From the NCBI GenBank assembly GCA_010356995.1, contig ML996690.1, forward strand, positions 265,101 through 329,100: a DNA stretch of 64,000 nucleotides, given 5' to 3'. The notes beneath the pieces were generated by a model. That model saw only the letters and a program-made list of their open reading frames with translations. It was not told the DNA's origin and did no database searches. The first letter of the stretch is position 1. The number at the start of each line of letters is the position of its first letter. Shown here piece by piece: positions 47,328 through 59,163 of the stretch. Both the position numbers and the translations under genes were made by a program. The DNA is from Trichodelitschia bisporula. Its lineage: Eukaryota.

Positions 47328-49114
47328 CTAGTTGGGGTACGTGAAGTAAGGATGGTACTCCGTGTCCTGGGTCGTAGCCCGGCTCCCGCGGCGGCTCGAT
47401 GGACCAGCGTCCAATTCAGTCCTGTCCGTGGCTTCGCGCCCCGCCCTGTAGACTCCTGCCCGACGGTCGTTGGAACTCGCGTTCATCGACTTGGTCTTCG
47501 CGGTCACGTTGGGGGCGTAGATGACGTTGTTCATCTTGTTGCCGTCGAGGATATCGACGCACGCCGTCTTGTGGTGCCGGAGAAGGTCGCAGACCGCCGT
47601 GATGCGATCCACGAAGTTGAGATTGCGGTCCGGATGCTCCTTCCGCGTCTTGGGGGCCCAGGTTGGGTCGCTTAATTCGACCAAGGTGGACCCGTGGATG
47701 TGGAGCCTCACGGCACACTCCTGTATTGGGTTAGCACTTCTGTAACAGGACCGGTGGAAAGAAATACTTACAACTGCCTCCCAGCAACGAGCTTCGATGT
47801 ACTGCTGGTCATACTTGAAGGCTAACAACCGGTTTTTGTTGGTCTTTCCCGGCTTATCAAAGAAATTGGAAAAGTCAACGATCGCGTCGTATATGGCCAC
47901 GGCGAACGGTGTCTTCTCGTCGTCCGTCAGCGGCGCGCGGCGGTCCGGAGGTGCCCAGCGCGACTTGTACAGGATTTCATTGGCCTGTTCCATCCCCTTG
48001 ACCCTCCGAGAGTATGGATGATAGCGAGTGCCGACTACAGCACTGATATGCCGACCCCTAGGTGTCTTTCCCGTGGCCGCAGTTGCAGCTGGGGCTTGGA
48101 TGGGAGTGGAAGCCAGGACCGTCACGAAGGTCGGAGCGGGAGCTTGATGATATGTAGGAGCCGGCGCATAGGCAAACGGCTGGACCGGAGCTTGGCCAAA
48201 CATCTGGACCGGATCTTGGGTGAACGGCTGGACTGAGCCTTGAGCGAACGGCTGGGCCGGAGCTGGGACGACCGTCTGTGCCGGACCTGGAGGCGCAGTG
48301 GACGTATAGACCGGGGCCTGGTCGAAAGCGGACGACAGAGCTGGATCAATCGGGGGCGGACCGGACGTGTAAACCGGAGATGGATTGAACATGGACGCCA
48401 GAGCAGGATCAATAGCGGCCGGACCGGACGTATAGGCTTGAGCCTCGTCGAAGTCGAATGCATCAGCCGTATAAGCCGGAATCCAGTCGAAGACGGGTGC
48501 CGGAGCACGCTCAGTCTCGTCCAGGGTGAACGTCGGTTCCGGGACGGGCCCCTGATTGCCGTAGTAATCGTATGAGGCCGGCTGATGGTGCGGGACGAAG
48601 CTGAAGTTCATGCTCGGACCAGCCAGGAATGTCTCCTCAGGCGGAGCAGGAGCGATCGGGACGTGCCCGTTGTTCTCCGTGCTCAGGTCCGTCGCCCTCA
48701 GCTCGTTGACCATTTGACCCTGGTTGACGTCAGTGGTGACGGTCTGGAATAGGTTAGTAAGTTTGCCCCTGATATCGTTGAAGGGATGTAGCTTACCTGC
48801 GCCGTACCAGCGTTCTGCTGCTCAATTATGTTCACTGCCATCTGATCGGGCAGGACGGAATCGCTAACCGCTGTGTTCTGCGGCTGCTGATCCGGAGTGT
48901 CGACGATGTCGTTACACTCAAAGATATTCTGTAGAACATCATCTCCGAAGTCCGCGGTGGTCGCACCTCTAGCCGGATCTACGGACTGTAACCCGCCATT
49001 GATCAAGGCATCAGTCTCCGCGAAGGGGTCCATCTCTACCGTGGACGACGTAGCAGGCTCTTGAGCCGGAGGCGACGATGCGGCGACCTTGTTGGTACCG
49101 TTCGGAGCAGCCAT
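47328..49114 (-). CDS. Uncharacterised protein with Pro/Ala/Gln repeats and a globular C-terminal domain (2 introns, ~48796-48745 and ~47770-47722)
   Basis: MAAPNGTNK...; canonical GTAAG..CTAAC..CAG introns; C-terminal IEARCWEAV|ECAVRLH...LNFVDRITAVCDLLRHHKTAC. Confidence 0.75.
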
Positions 49115-51115
49115 TGCTGACACCGGAGAAGAAGAGCGTGGTTGGAGAGGTAGGAGGGAGTTGGTGGTGTTCTGACTGTGAGATGTGCGGTTCAATCCCT
49201 CAGTTGAGCTTGGTGTAGGGGTCCAGCTTGTGGAATTGCTGGTGGATTGGAGAGTGGTTGTTGTGGGGAGAAGGGGGGAGGTACAATGTCCCCAAGTTTA
49301 AGGGGGTGAATGGGTGACTGGAAAAAAAATTCACCAGTCACCCAGCAGGTACTTGTTTGTGTGCTGTGCGCTTGAAGATATATATGTGGGAACAATGATT
49401 CTGAGTAAAAGATCGGGTAACAATGACATCGATCTATATCGACATCAGTCGGCATGCCGACGAACGTCGGACTATAAGGGGGACCAGCCCCGGAAAACGT
49501 ATATGGGGCGGGAACTGAATCCCTTTCAAACAAGCTGCTTGAATATACATTCTGATCATTGTCGGAATGATTCAGAGGGGCATATACGTTTGAAGGAAAT
49601 ACATCTCCAGTTAAAATCTGCGAAGATATCAGAGTAGTGATCTCAAGTGAGTTTATATGACATGATGAGCGATTCATGCAGCAAACTGTCTAGGATAACA
49701 GGAACAAACAGAACAAAAACACTCAGGGGCATAAAATGAGCACGACAAACCCACCTCCTAGTATAGGGAAATTCGTCAACGAACGAGCTGAGCACAATAT
49801 GAATACCAGGTATAGACATTCCAAAGTTAAAGCGTAGGAGTATAGACAGTCGAGCCGGTGGATTCGGACAAGCCATCGTGATAATGACCCCTGGATTGAA
49901 GATGATGTGCATCAAAGAAGGTATCCGGGAGGAAGACGAAGTCGCCAGCAAGGACGCATTATGAAAGCCGATCGATGTCAGAGAGGGGCTGTGAATAAAC
50001 GAAGGCAAACCGTTGAGAATTCGGGCACGTGATATCATGATACTGGAACTTTAGGAGGTCAGACCCCGAACGGGAAGGTGAGCGGATCATACCCTTTTCA
50101 GATTGAAAGTAACGATTCTGAAACGACAGACGGTCGACGGCATTTAAGGATCGAGGGCGGCGCAAAATTGGAGAGTGGAAGAGGAAGAAGAATGGAAGTG
50201 GAGCTGGAGCAGTACACAGCGAGGAGAAGGTACATTTAAGGCACACCGATGCTAGTGATTTACAAGGCGACCGATGAATGATTTAGGGCAGCGGCGGCAT
50301 ACCGGTACCGGATTAACCATAATCCGGGCTGCTGTGAATTTACGAGGCCTGGTGCACCGCGGACGCGGCCATTCGATACACCAACCATGTGGACAGTCTG
50401 AACTGGTCGAAGCAATGTCAGAGTGAACGAAGTAACAGTAGACAACATCACTGATTAATTGGCTGCTTCTCTCCACGTGGAACGGTCCGGTCATTGTTGA
50501 ATTGCGTTACAACATCTGCGCATAGCATTTCGCATAATCCTGAGAGTGTAATGTTAGGCACCATAGCAGTATCGCTGGGAAGCTCCAAAACGGCCTTGAA
50601 AGCTATATCAAGTGCCGATATACCTTTCCAAATGCACCCGTATGAATTACCTATAGCAACTGGAGAAAAATGAGTGCTGTAAGCGTCCCAATGAATTCGG
50701 ATTGCATGCAGGATGGCGGAAAAAGGGAAACGTCAAACAATGGAAGCAGTCTGTCTCTAACGTCGCTATTGAAAAGGAGAAATACGCATGCAATATAGGG
50801 TCTACATTGTGGCCTCGAGGTTTCGCTGTTCGTAGACTCCAATGTGCGAAGAGGTGGTAGCGTCGTTGATGGTGTCGTCGGTGATGTTGTCCCAAGCTCG
50901 TCGCTCAGAGCGTCGGGACGGAAAAGCCTTTGATCCGATCTGCCTTGCAAGGGTGAGAGGCATCACCGCCTCACCTCCGAGCTCCAAGTTAACCAGCGTC
51001 ATCGCCACGACGTATCTCACCTCAAGCACGCCCACGGGAACCCAGATATTCATGCTCTTCCACGCGCACTCCCGTCTGCTCCGCTCCCCCTCCATCCTTC
51101 CCACAAGTCGCAGCC

Positions 51116-52082
51116 ATGGACGGTGAACCCGGACCTGCCTCCACCACCTCCCCCTCCGCCTCGCGCGTCGACGACGCGAACCTAGCAACGGACTCGCCGG
51201 ATGCGGATGGAGATTCTGACGCGCACGCGCTTTGGGCATACAAGCAGCGTCTTCGCTTCCTCGACGACCTAATCCGCAACCTAGACCTCCTCGTCTACGC
51301 CGAGATCTCAGTACTCTACTACCTCGAGTACGCACCCCTCCCATCACAACCCCCTTCACCACACCCCTAACAACCCCAGTACATCCCTCATCCGCGCCCT
51401 CTTCCGCGCCGCCATCCAAGGCTCCTACCTAACTCCAAAACCCTCCCTCCCCCCGCAACCACCATCCCCCTCCATCGCCGCCATCCTCGGCTCAAACATC
51501 ATCTGCCTAGTCCTAAACGCCTGCTTCTCCGCCCCCGCCGCCACCGAGGCTACCCGCGGATACCTGCATGGCAGCGTGTTAGTCGATTTTGTAGGACAAC
51601 AGGGTCCAACCTCGAAGCTGCGCCTTCTGCTGCTGAACCTGCTCATCACGCTCCTACAACTCGTCGCCCTGGCCGCAACGCGCAAGCGGCGCAAAGTGAT
51701 GCTAGCGCACCTCGGCCGGCGCCAGCCTTCCACGGTCCCTCACCCCGCAGTTGGAGAAGCATTCGACTTGTGCGACCGTGACGAAGCGCAAACGCACGAT
51801 GCTGAGGAGCGCGGTGTGCTTGTCCGATCGGCATCGCCGCTCGACGAGCGCTCTGCTCTCCTCGACGAGAACAGCTGGAGCGCGAGAAGCGATCCCTTCG
51901 CGCTGTCGGATACACTGGCGACGGGAATGGCCGTCGTCGCGGAGTTGTGGATCGCAGACACGGTGCGCGAGCAGTATATGGCGTACGAGCAGCAGGCCCA
52001 GGCCGGGCGGGGCGTGAGCGCTAGTTTGCGCGCGAGACTGCGACAGCGGGTACGTGAGATAGGCGCGCCGATTCGCGAGTAA
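51116..52082 (+). CDS. DUF1746 membrane protein (Dsc E3 ligase complex subunit 4-like), 1 intron ~51328-51380
   Basis: FLDDLIRNLDLLVYAEISVLYYL, LFRAAIQ..YLTPK, APAATEATRGYLHGSVLVDFVGQ, QTHDAEERG. Confidence 0.88.
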
Positions 52083-55000
52083 GGTTAAGGGGTTGCATTG
52101 TTGCGCTGTCGGTGCGACATTTTAGCTTTTGTTTCGCATTGCATGGAGCGGGATGGGTTGCGTTATTAGGGCGCATGGCCGCGGCGTTGAAGGCTATTCG
52201 TGGATTCGGGGGTCGGGGTCGGCGAACCGGTTAGATACCCCGTACATAGACAGGGCGTTTTGTGGCTCACATATAACGGGGATGTCAGATGCGAAGCTTG
52301 ATACGAAGTCCAATTTTGCGCGTGCACCTAAACCTAGGCAACCAGCACCCCTCAACGCTCTCTCGCGTTGGAGCCACAAGGGGAACCACATGACGTGTGC
52401 CGCCCGCGTTTCATCCTGGCTGCTAAAAAAGAAGCAACGGGCGGCATTGCGCCATCGCGGACGGCGGGACGAGGCGCAATCTCGCAGATCGAGGTGGGGG
52501 TTTGCGCGTGTTCGGTCCGCGGGATGATTTGCGTGCGTGGGGCTGATGGCGTGGGGGCCGGGGAGCGGGGCAGGTGGGGTGGTTTGGTGGGGGGTCGGCA
52601 CGGGTGGGAAGTGGGGTTGCGGGACGGACGGGAGGCCGTGCGTTTGATTCGTGATGCGCGGGTGCGGGGCTAGCGGTGCTTTGCTGCGTCATTCGAGCTT
52701 AATTGTCAACATCATTTTCATTGCTGCACGTGAAGCTTGTCGCTCGGATGAGCATGGGATGCAAGCAACGACTCGTGTTGGCGCGGGTATTAAGCGCCAT
52801 CATCTCAACAGCGCTGTTGAGGCATGGAAGACGTCCCAAAGGGGTTATATAAGCAGCCTCCGCGCCCAATTGGTAAAACACGCAGAACAAAGAAAGAACC
52901 ACTGGAACAATCCCTCGTCCCAGCAAGCCCATTGTGCGCACTCGCGTAAGCCGCCAGCTCCAAGTCTCCGGACACGGAATCCACGCCATGCGCTCGGGAC
53001 CCATAGCCGCGTGCGGAGGAACCATCAGTCCCCGAGCAGAGCAAAGGGCGGAAACTCCACGCGAGAACGAAAGTCTGATCAGGGGCCGCAGCAGCCACAA
53101 TCGAATCGGGACCGGAAGGAGGCGCGCAGCCGAGGTGACGGGGCGGTTACCCATATACCGCTCGCTTAACCTCGCCTTTAGCGAGACCAGATAACTGGAG
53201 GGATCGAACTATTGTGGAACCTTGAGCTCGCTCTCGCCGTTCGCGCACAGGGTCGCACAGCGGTAAGGCCGCGGGAGAATTGTAGTACAACCAACCTGCG
53301 GGGAAAGCACTGATTTCAAATCCTCCGCCAGCATTGAAACTTACGAAGTACAAAGCGCCTAACAGCCCTACCGAGCGGGCACCCGCGTCGGCCAGCGATC
53401 ACCAGTGAACGTAGAACGAAAAAATCACATTACCCCCGTTTTCTGCACACCAGCCGCCGGGCTGGGAGCGTTTTCTTGCACGAGCGCCCGCGCCTGGGCT
53501 GACGTCGCGCCGCTGGATGCCTGCTGGCGGTGGCTGCATGCGCGTCGTGGGCGCAGGCGTGAGGGCTGCGACCCATGCGCGGGTTGCATATGCGCGTCCG
53601 ACGCATACATGTCGCGATGGCGAGACGACTGATGCACGGCGCTGGGTGCGCGGCCGGGTAGAACGCCGCCCGCTGGCCGGGGCCGGGGCCGAGGGGGGTG
53701 GAGCCGAGGGCGTCAGTTTGGGGCTGGGGGGTGGGAAGCCTGAGGCTGGTTTTGGGGTTTGGTTGCGGACGGTGGGTGGGGTGAGTTGGTGGTGGTGATG
53801 CTAGTGGCGATGCTAGTGGTTCTTCTGGTTGCGGCTTGCCTTTGCTGCTAGTGATAGGGGGAGGGGAAAAATACTGAATGGGCGGGTTGTTCGCGATCTT
53901 GTCCGTTGAGGGTGTGTGGATGGGCGGCGACGAGCAGGCGTCTTCCTTGCACCGCCGGCCCGGACGGTTCAACGTTCCGAATGAACGACGGGAACGAAGT
54001 TACTGGGAAATTTTCTCATTGGCTGCGCTTTTTCTCCTTTGATGCCCATGCATTGGGTGGCTTGCGCTTTTTTCTTCCGGCCGAGGAACGGAGACGTGCC
54101 TCGTCACGCCTTTTGCCTCAGTGTTTGCCGACCCGAGGGTGTTTGTTGACGTCGCCTGCATGCCGCGGTTGTGGAGAGCGGTGAGAGTCGCCACATCTTG
54201 CTGGTTCTGTTGCGGGCATTATGGTGATGGTGGTGATGTTTAGGCTCGGTTCGTTGTCGCGATCCTTGGGAATGGCCGATGTCGTCACGAGCTCGTCGAC
54301 TATCGATTCTCGACGCTCGAGAATGCAGTAAAAGAGTGTCTAGCTGTGCATAAGCGTCTCGCATTCCATTGTTCCAATATTCAAGCATGAAGCATCCAGT
54401 AAGGAAATGATGGAGAAATACGGATGTAGTAAGTGCAGCTGAAGAAAGCAGAGAGGGCATCACTCGGCGATATCAAAAGACCCCTTAATCCTAGCCTGTA
54501 CCCAATACTTCGCCTTCGCTTACGGACATGTACCGTGTACATGATGCCCCACCCGTATGCACCTCACCGACCTATCCACCAACCAACCACCTCCGAATGT
54601 CAAGCGCCCGTCTCTCCCGGCCCGGCACATCGGGCTCCAATTGCCAGGCCTCACCCCTTCTTCGTGCATATGCCGTACATCAGGCCTTGTACATCCATCG
54701 CGGCCAAATGCAACTGCAAGTATGCGCTGGTGCTGCAACGCATGTAAGTCGGGGCAAGCCGGTATGTACTATACCGGACGACACCATCCATTATTGGCAG
54801 AGGTGGATCCGAAGGCTGCTCCAGTGCGGAGGATTGGGTGATGGCCGTTGCTTTTGGAGTGAAGTGCGGCGAAGTGCATATAGTCTGGGTCACGGGGTTA
54901 AGAGTATTTTAGTAGTGAGTGGATCATCGGTGATGAAGAGGGAGAAGAGAGTGGAGGAGCATGCTTTTGACATACATTTGCATGCTGATGCCGCTTTCTT

Positions 55001-57123
55001 TCCGCATACCATGAAGGGACATTAAAAGTGGAGTCGACAGCTCGACAGCCGACCACAATGCAGCAATTTTGTATCACGAGAGTCGTTTTCTTGCATTATT
55101 CACTGCATCAACTGGGTCCACTGCATTACTCGGGAGGAAACGACTCGCGAATCTCCCATCGTCCTCGGCAAGTAGACGAATCACCACCAGTCTGTTGACC
55201 TCGCCGGCCTCATGCACCGTAACCGGTGACAGCCGAGCCGACCGACTCTTTGCCTCTCCTTGCCTCTCTCTGCTCTGTCCGTGCTTCTTCCTGTGCTTTG
55301 CTGACTCCTCGACATGCATCACATCTCAATCCCATCCCCTCGTCCCAGCGCCGTCCCTTCCATTTGTCACTCCTTGCTCCGGACCCTCCGCAACATGTCA
55401 CCGCATTGCCTAAAAAGCAATAGCAAAAGCAAGAGCAGCCGACAAGGGCGAAAAAGGGAAGGATTCTAATCAAGATATGTGTGACCATCGCCAAAAATTT
55501 CCTCTCCCTGATAGGCCCATCTCACGCCTGTCATTGGCCAATCATGGCGCCCGTAATACGTCACCGCCACGCGGCCGTACAACATATCCCAAACATCGTC
55601 GATTACTCCATTGGGAAAGGCCGCCCGTTGGTGCAGCCTGGCCCCTTTACCTATTAGCCATGGAGGCCAACCCCTTCCACATTACGTCGCAGCAGTGCAC
55701 AGACCGTACGGCACTCCTACCAAATGCTCCTCCAGCAAAAGACAGTCCTACAACCCTGACTTCATTAACCTCCCTTTAGCCTCCACCCCATCTTCTTCTG
55801 CCCCTCAATACGTCTCAGCGCCCCCCAACAAACCCAATTGCACAAAGCCACATGTTCCCCAGCCTCCGCTTCACGTCTTAGCACTGCACCTCACGATGCG
55901 TTGTCCGCCCCCGCGCCAGGCTACCCCAAACCGTTAAGCGCGCCCGCAAAGCCGCCATCCGCCCACCCCCAATACAGCCGCCAAGGTTCCCATTCAAGCT
56001 CTCCAAAACCGCACCAGTGGCGGTGCCGGCGGTGAGCCTCTCCCGCACCTACCCACGCCAACGCCAACTCGCCCCCGCCACACCTTAGGCTTCTTTAAGG
56101 CGCCCGGCCACGTTAGCCGCAACGCGGGGCAAGCGGGCAAGGCAAGGATGCAGGCATCTCGCGCACACAGCTTTTGTTTTTTATGCCTTGCTCGCGCATG
56201 CGCTGCAGGAGCGGTGAGGCAGGAACGATCAGAGGCGCGCGAGTCACTTCCTTTCGTAGTATTGTGGTAGCCCCACGGGACGGAGGCCGGGGATACGCAG
56301 CCGAAAGGCTGGCGTCATTGGATTTGGTTTGCTATCTAACGGCGGGGTTTCATGCCCGCGCTGGGTGTGCTCGAGTATGACAACGTAGAAGCCGCGGCAG
56401 CCGCCGGCTAGAGGGAAAAGTACACTGAGAAGGAAATGGATGGGTACTAGTATGGTGATCGCGAGATCGGGGTGTTCTAGGGGATATTTAACGCGGAAAG
56501 CAAATTCCAAAATGAAAATGACGCGAGATAGAAAGGAAGCTGGGGGTATTTGCGACAGTTTGACACTTGCTTCTTCTCGAATGGTGGACGCAGACATAAG
56601 CAGGACAACTTGGATATCAAAACCAAAAGGGCCAAAAGTCTGCAGCAGAGGAATAACCGGAAGTTACAGAACACACACTCGCGGAACGGCGTGAAAACAT
56701 ACGACAGAAGACTCCAGAAAACAATGCAGAACGCCACTCCGAGGGTATCAAACGAGAGGAAAAGACAGACAACCAAAAATGAGACAAATTCCAACCTGTC
56801 CAGATCCAGAATATCCCAACCAATGCGCTCCTCCATCCAACCAAGTGTAAAATCTGAATCTTCCAGGCTTGCTTGGGTGCTCTTTGCCAAAGTATTCAAC
56901 GTGGTGCAGTGTCTCGACTTCGTAGCAAACGATCGTTGCCTTGTCCACCTTCCAAACATTGCCATCCCGTCTTTGGGCAACAGTCCCTACATTCCGCATC
57001 CAACTCTTGACTTTCGAAAACCAAGGGTCACACATAAGGTCGCAACCGCCCTGCCCGGTAGTCTTTGCGGATGCAGGCGGCCACGGTCTTTTCTGGTGGT
57101 GCTTTGACCATAGAACCCCGTAA

Positions 57124-59163
57124 CTATCGCGAGGGCTGCCACCGATGAGGCAGCTCGTATCCCGGTTCCTGCTTGAGGTGCTGCTGCTGCTGCTGTTGCT
57201 GTTGCTGATGAGCCGGATGGCCCTGTTGGTGGGGATACGTCGGGAATCCTGGTGGGCCCGCTGGTCCAACCTGGTGGGGTGGCGGCAATGGATGCCGCTG
57301 ACCTGGAGACTGATGGTGCTGCAGTTGACCCTGCGGCGGTTGCTGCTGCTGCTGCTGTGGACCATTTGGTCCATATCCTCCGTAGACTTGCGGTGGGGCG
57401 GGCGGCGGGGCGTACGGATGAGCAGTATGTGTGTAATTTCCGTGCGTAGCAGCGACCGAGGCCACGCCCGCCGGCTCAACATACGACTCGGTCCTCCTCC
57501 GCGTCGCAGGCCTCTCTGCCTCAAACCCCATGCTCGTGTCTCGCGAGTATCCCCCATGCATCTGCTCTCCGCCCGAGCCACCTTCCTCCGACATATCGTC
57601 CAAGCTGGCCTTGATTTCGTTGGCGTCCGGCATGTCATATCTCCGCTTCGCCATCTTCGGCTGCTGTTCCACATACTGTCCTTGACCCATGCTCTGTAGC
57701 TTCGCGGCAAAGGTATTGCTCTGCAGCTGGTAGAACTCAGCTTCGTCCCGCGCCATGGCAAGCTCGTTTTCGAGTCGCGCAATCGTTGTGGCCGCAATGA
57801 TTTCCTTTTCCTTCCGTCGGGCGCGGAACCGTGCCGAGGCGCCGGCGTTTCGCTTGCGCTTCTCGTCCGCTTGCTTGGATGCCGCATGAACATCGACTGG
57901 GAGCTGCGTTGTTCCACGTGTCGTGTTTATGGTGATCAGCTGAATGTTGTTCATGCCGGAGGGCACTAGAGGGATTCCGTACGGAGAACCTCCTTGCTGA
58001 TGCTGGTTCTGACGCATCTGCATGTGGCCCGCGTAGTTCCCCTGGTGACTGCCACTTTCGCTCTCCAATTCTACGTGCGACCCGGGTCCACGGTAAGACC
58101 CATGCGAAGACTGACCCGAAACAGAGGCTCCCAACGAAGCCATCCCGGGATGCGGAAGTGAAGGCGAAGCCTGACCGCTAGCTTGGCCATATGAGGAGTA
58201 GGATGGTGATGGACTTGCTCGCGCCGACGATATGGACGGCGCGGAAGAAGCAGCAGCACTGAGACTGGCTCTTCGGGAGTGAATCGGTCCGAGACCTGGA
58301 CCCGGCGGTGTTGGCGTCGGCGCACTGGGCAGAGCAAACGAGCTTCGATGAGGTGCAGAGTTCGGAGGCAGATTGCTACCCTGTGTGGTCGCACTACTGA
58401 CAACTTGTGTCAATGATCCGAACCCAGGAGCGCCATCAGCTCGAGTGATTGGCGACAAAAAAAGGTTTTCAGAGGCATTGATCGTCCCCGTAGCCGTTCC
58501 AGCTGCAAGTCCAAATCTGCTAAAGCTGGATCCGCGGATTATTCGAGGCGAAACTGGTGTCAAAATCCTTCGCCCTCTTCCGTTCCCTCCGAGGGGCGAC
58601 AGCTCGCCGGCTCCAGCCTGTGCAGTTCCCGGTATGTACTGAATGTCCGTGGCAATGGCAGGGGGCGTGCCAGCCGGCCGGTGAATAGCTGGCCGTTGGC
58701 CCTGGTGGCCTTCTACTTGCGCTGCGCTCCGGCGACGGGCGTGGTTTTCAAGCTCGAGCTCGGCCTGGGACGGAGGATTGAGAATGGAGAGCACGTCTAG
58801 CGCGCGGGACGACGAAGCCGGACCTCTGGTGTCGGTGAAGCCGCCGTCTGAGCTTCGCCGCGGGGATAACGACGCAAAGGCCCGTTGGTGCTGCTGGAGC
58901 GGGGACGGTGCCCGTTGCCCGCTCATTCTTGAACGGAACTCGGGCGAGAAGGGGTGCGGGCCGGGAGACGGGGCAGCGTTCCGGGGTGGTGGCGGTGATG
59001 TGGCGAATGATGGACTCTCCGCTTGCAGAGACTGTGCATGCGGACTGGTGTGCAGTTGTTGCTGCTGTTGCTGGTGTTGCTGGTCGTGCTCCTGGTCTCT
59101 AGATGTCGGCGGCCGCGTCACGGTGCCGGCGCCAGCAGTGGAACCAGATCCATGGCTTGACAT
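57124..59163 (-). CDS. bZIP transcription factor (start uncertain; first in-frame ATG at 59163, frame open to ~59571)
   Basis: LPVDVHAASKQADEKRKRNAGASARFRARRKEKE basic region plus zipper IARLENELAMARDEAEFY; Gln/Pro-rich flanks. Confidence 0.9.
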   Translation of the reverse strand: MSSHGSGSTAGAGTVTRPPTSRDQEHDQQHQQQQQQLHTSPHAQSLQAESPSFATSPPPPRNAAPSPGPHPFSPEFRSRMSGQRAPSPLQQHQRAFASLSPRRSSDGGFTDTRGPASSSRALDVLSILNPPSQAELELENHARRRSAAQVEGHQGQRPAIHRPAGTPPAIATDIQYIPGTAQAGAGELSPLGGNGRGRRILTPVSPRIIRGSSFSRFGLAAGTATGTINASENLFLSPITRADGAPGFGSLTQVVSSATTQGSNLPPNSAPHRSSFALPSAPTPTPPGPGLGPIHSRRASLSAAASSAPSISSARASPSPSYSSYGQASGQASPSLPHPGMASLGASVSGQSSHGSYRGPGSHVELESESGSHQGNYAGHMQMRQNQHQQGGSPYGIPLVPSGMNNIQLITINTTRGTTQLPVDVHAASKQADEKRKRNAGASARFRARRKEKEIIAATTIARLENELAMARDEAEFYQLQSNTFAAKLQSMGQGQYVEQQPKMAKRRYDMPDANEIKASLDDMSEEGGSGGEQMHGGYSRDTSMGFEAERPATRRRTESYVEPAGVASVAATHGNYTHTAHPYAPPPAPPQVYGGYGPNGPQQQQQQPPQGQLQHHQSPGQRHPLPPPHQVGPAGPPGFPTYPHQQGHPAHQQQQQQQQQHLKQEPGYELPHRWQPSR

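Noticed and set aside
56748..57917. 389-aa minus-strand ORF overlapping the bZIP
   Set aside because: Alternative frame of a GC-rich coding region, non-ATG start, no domain.
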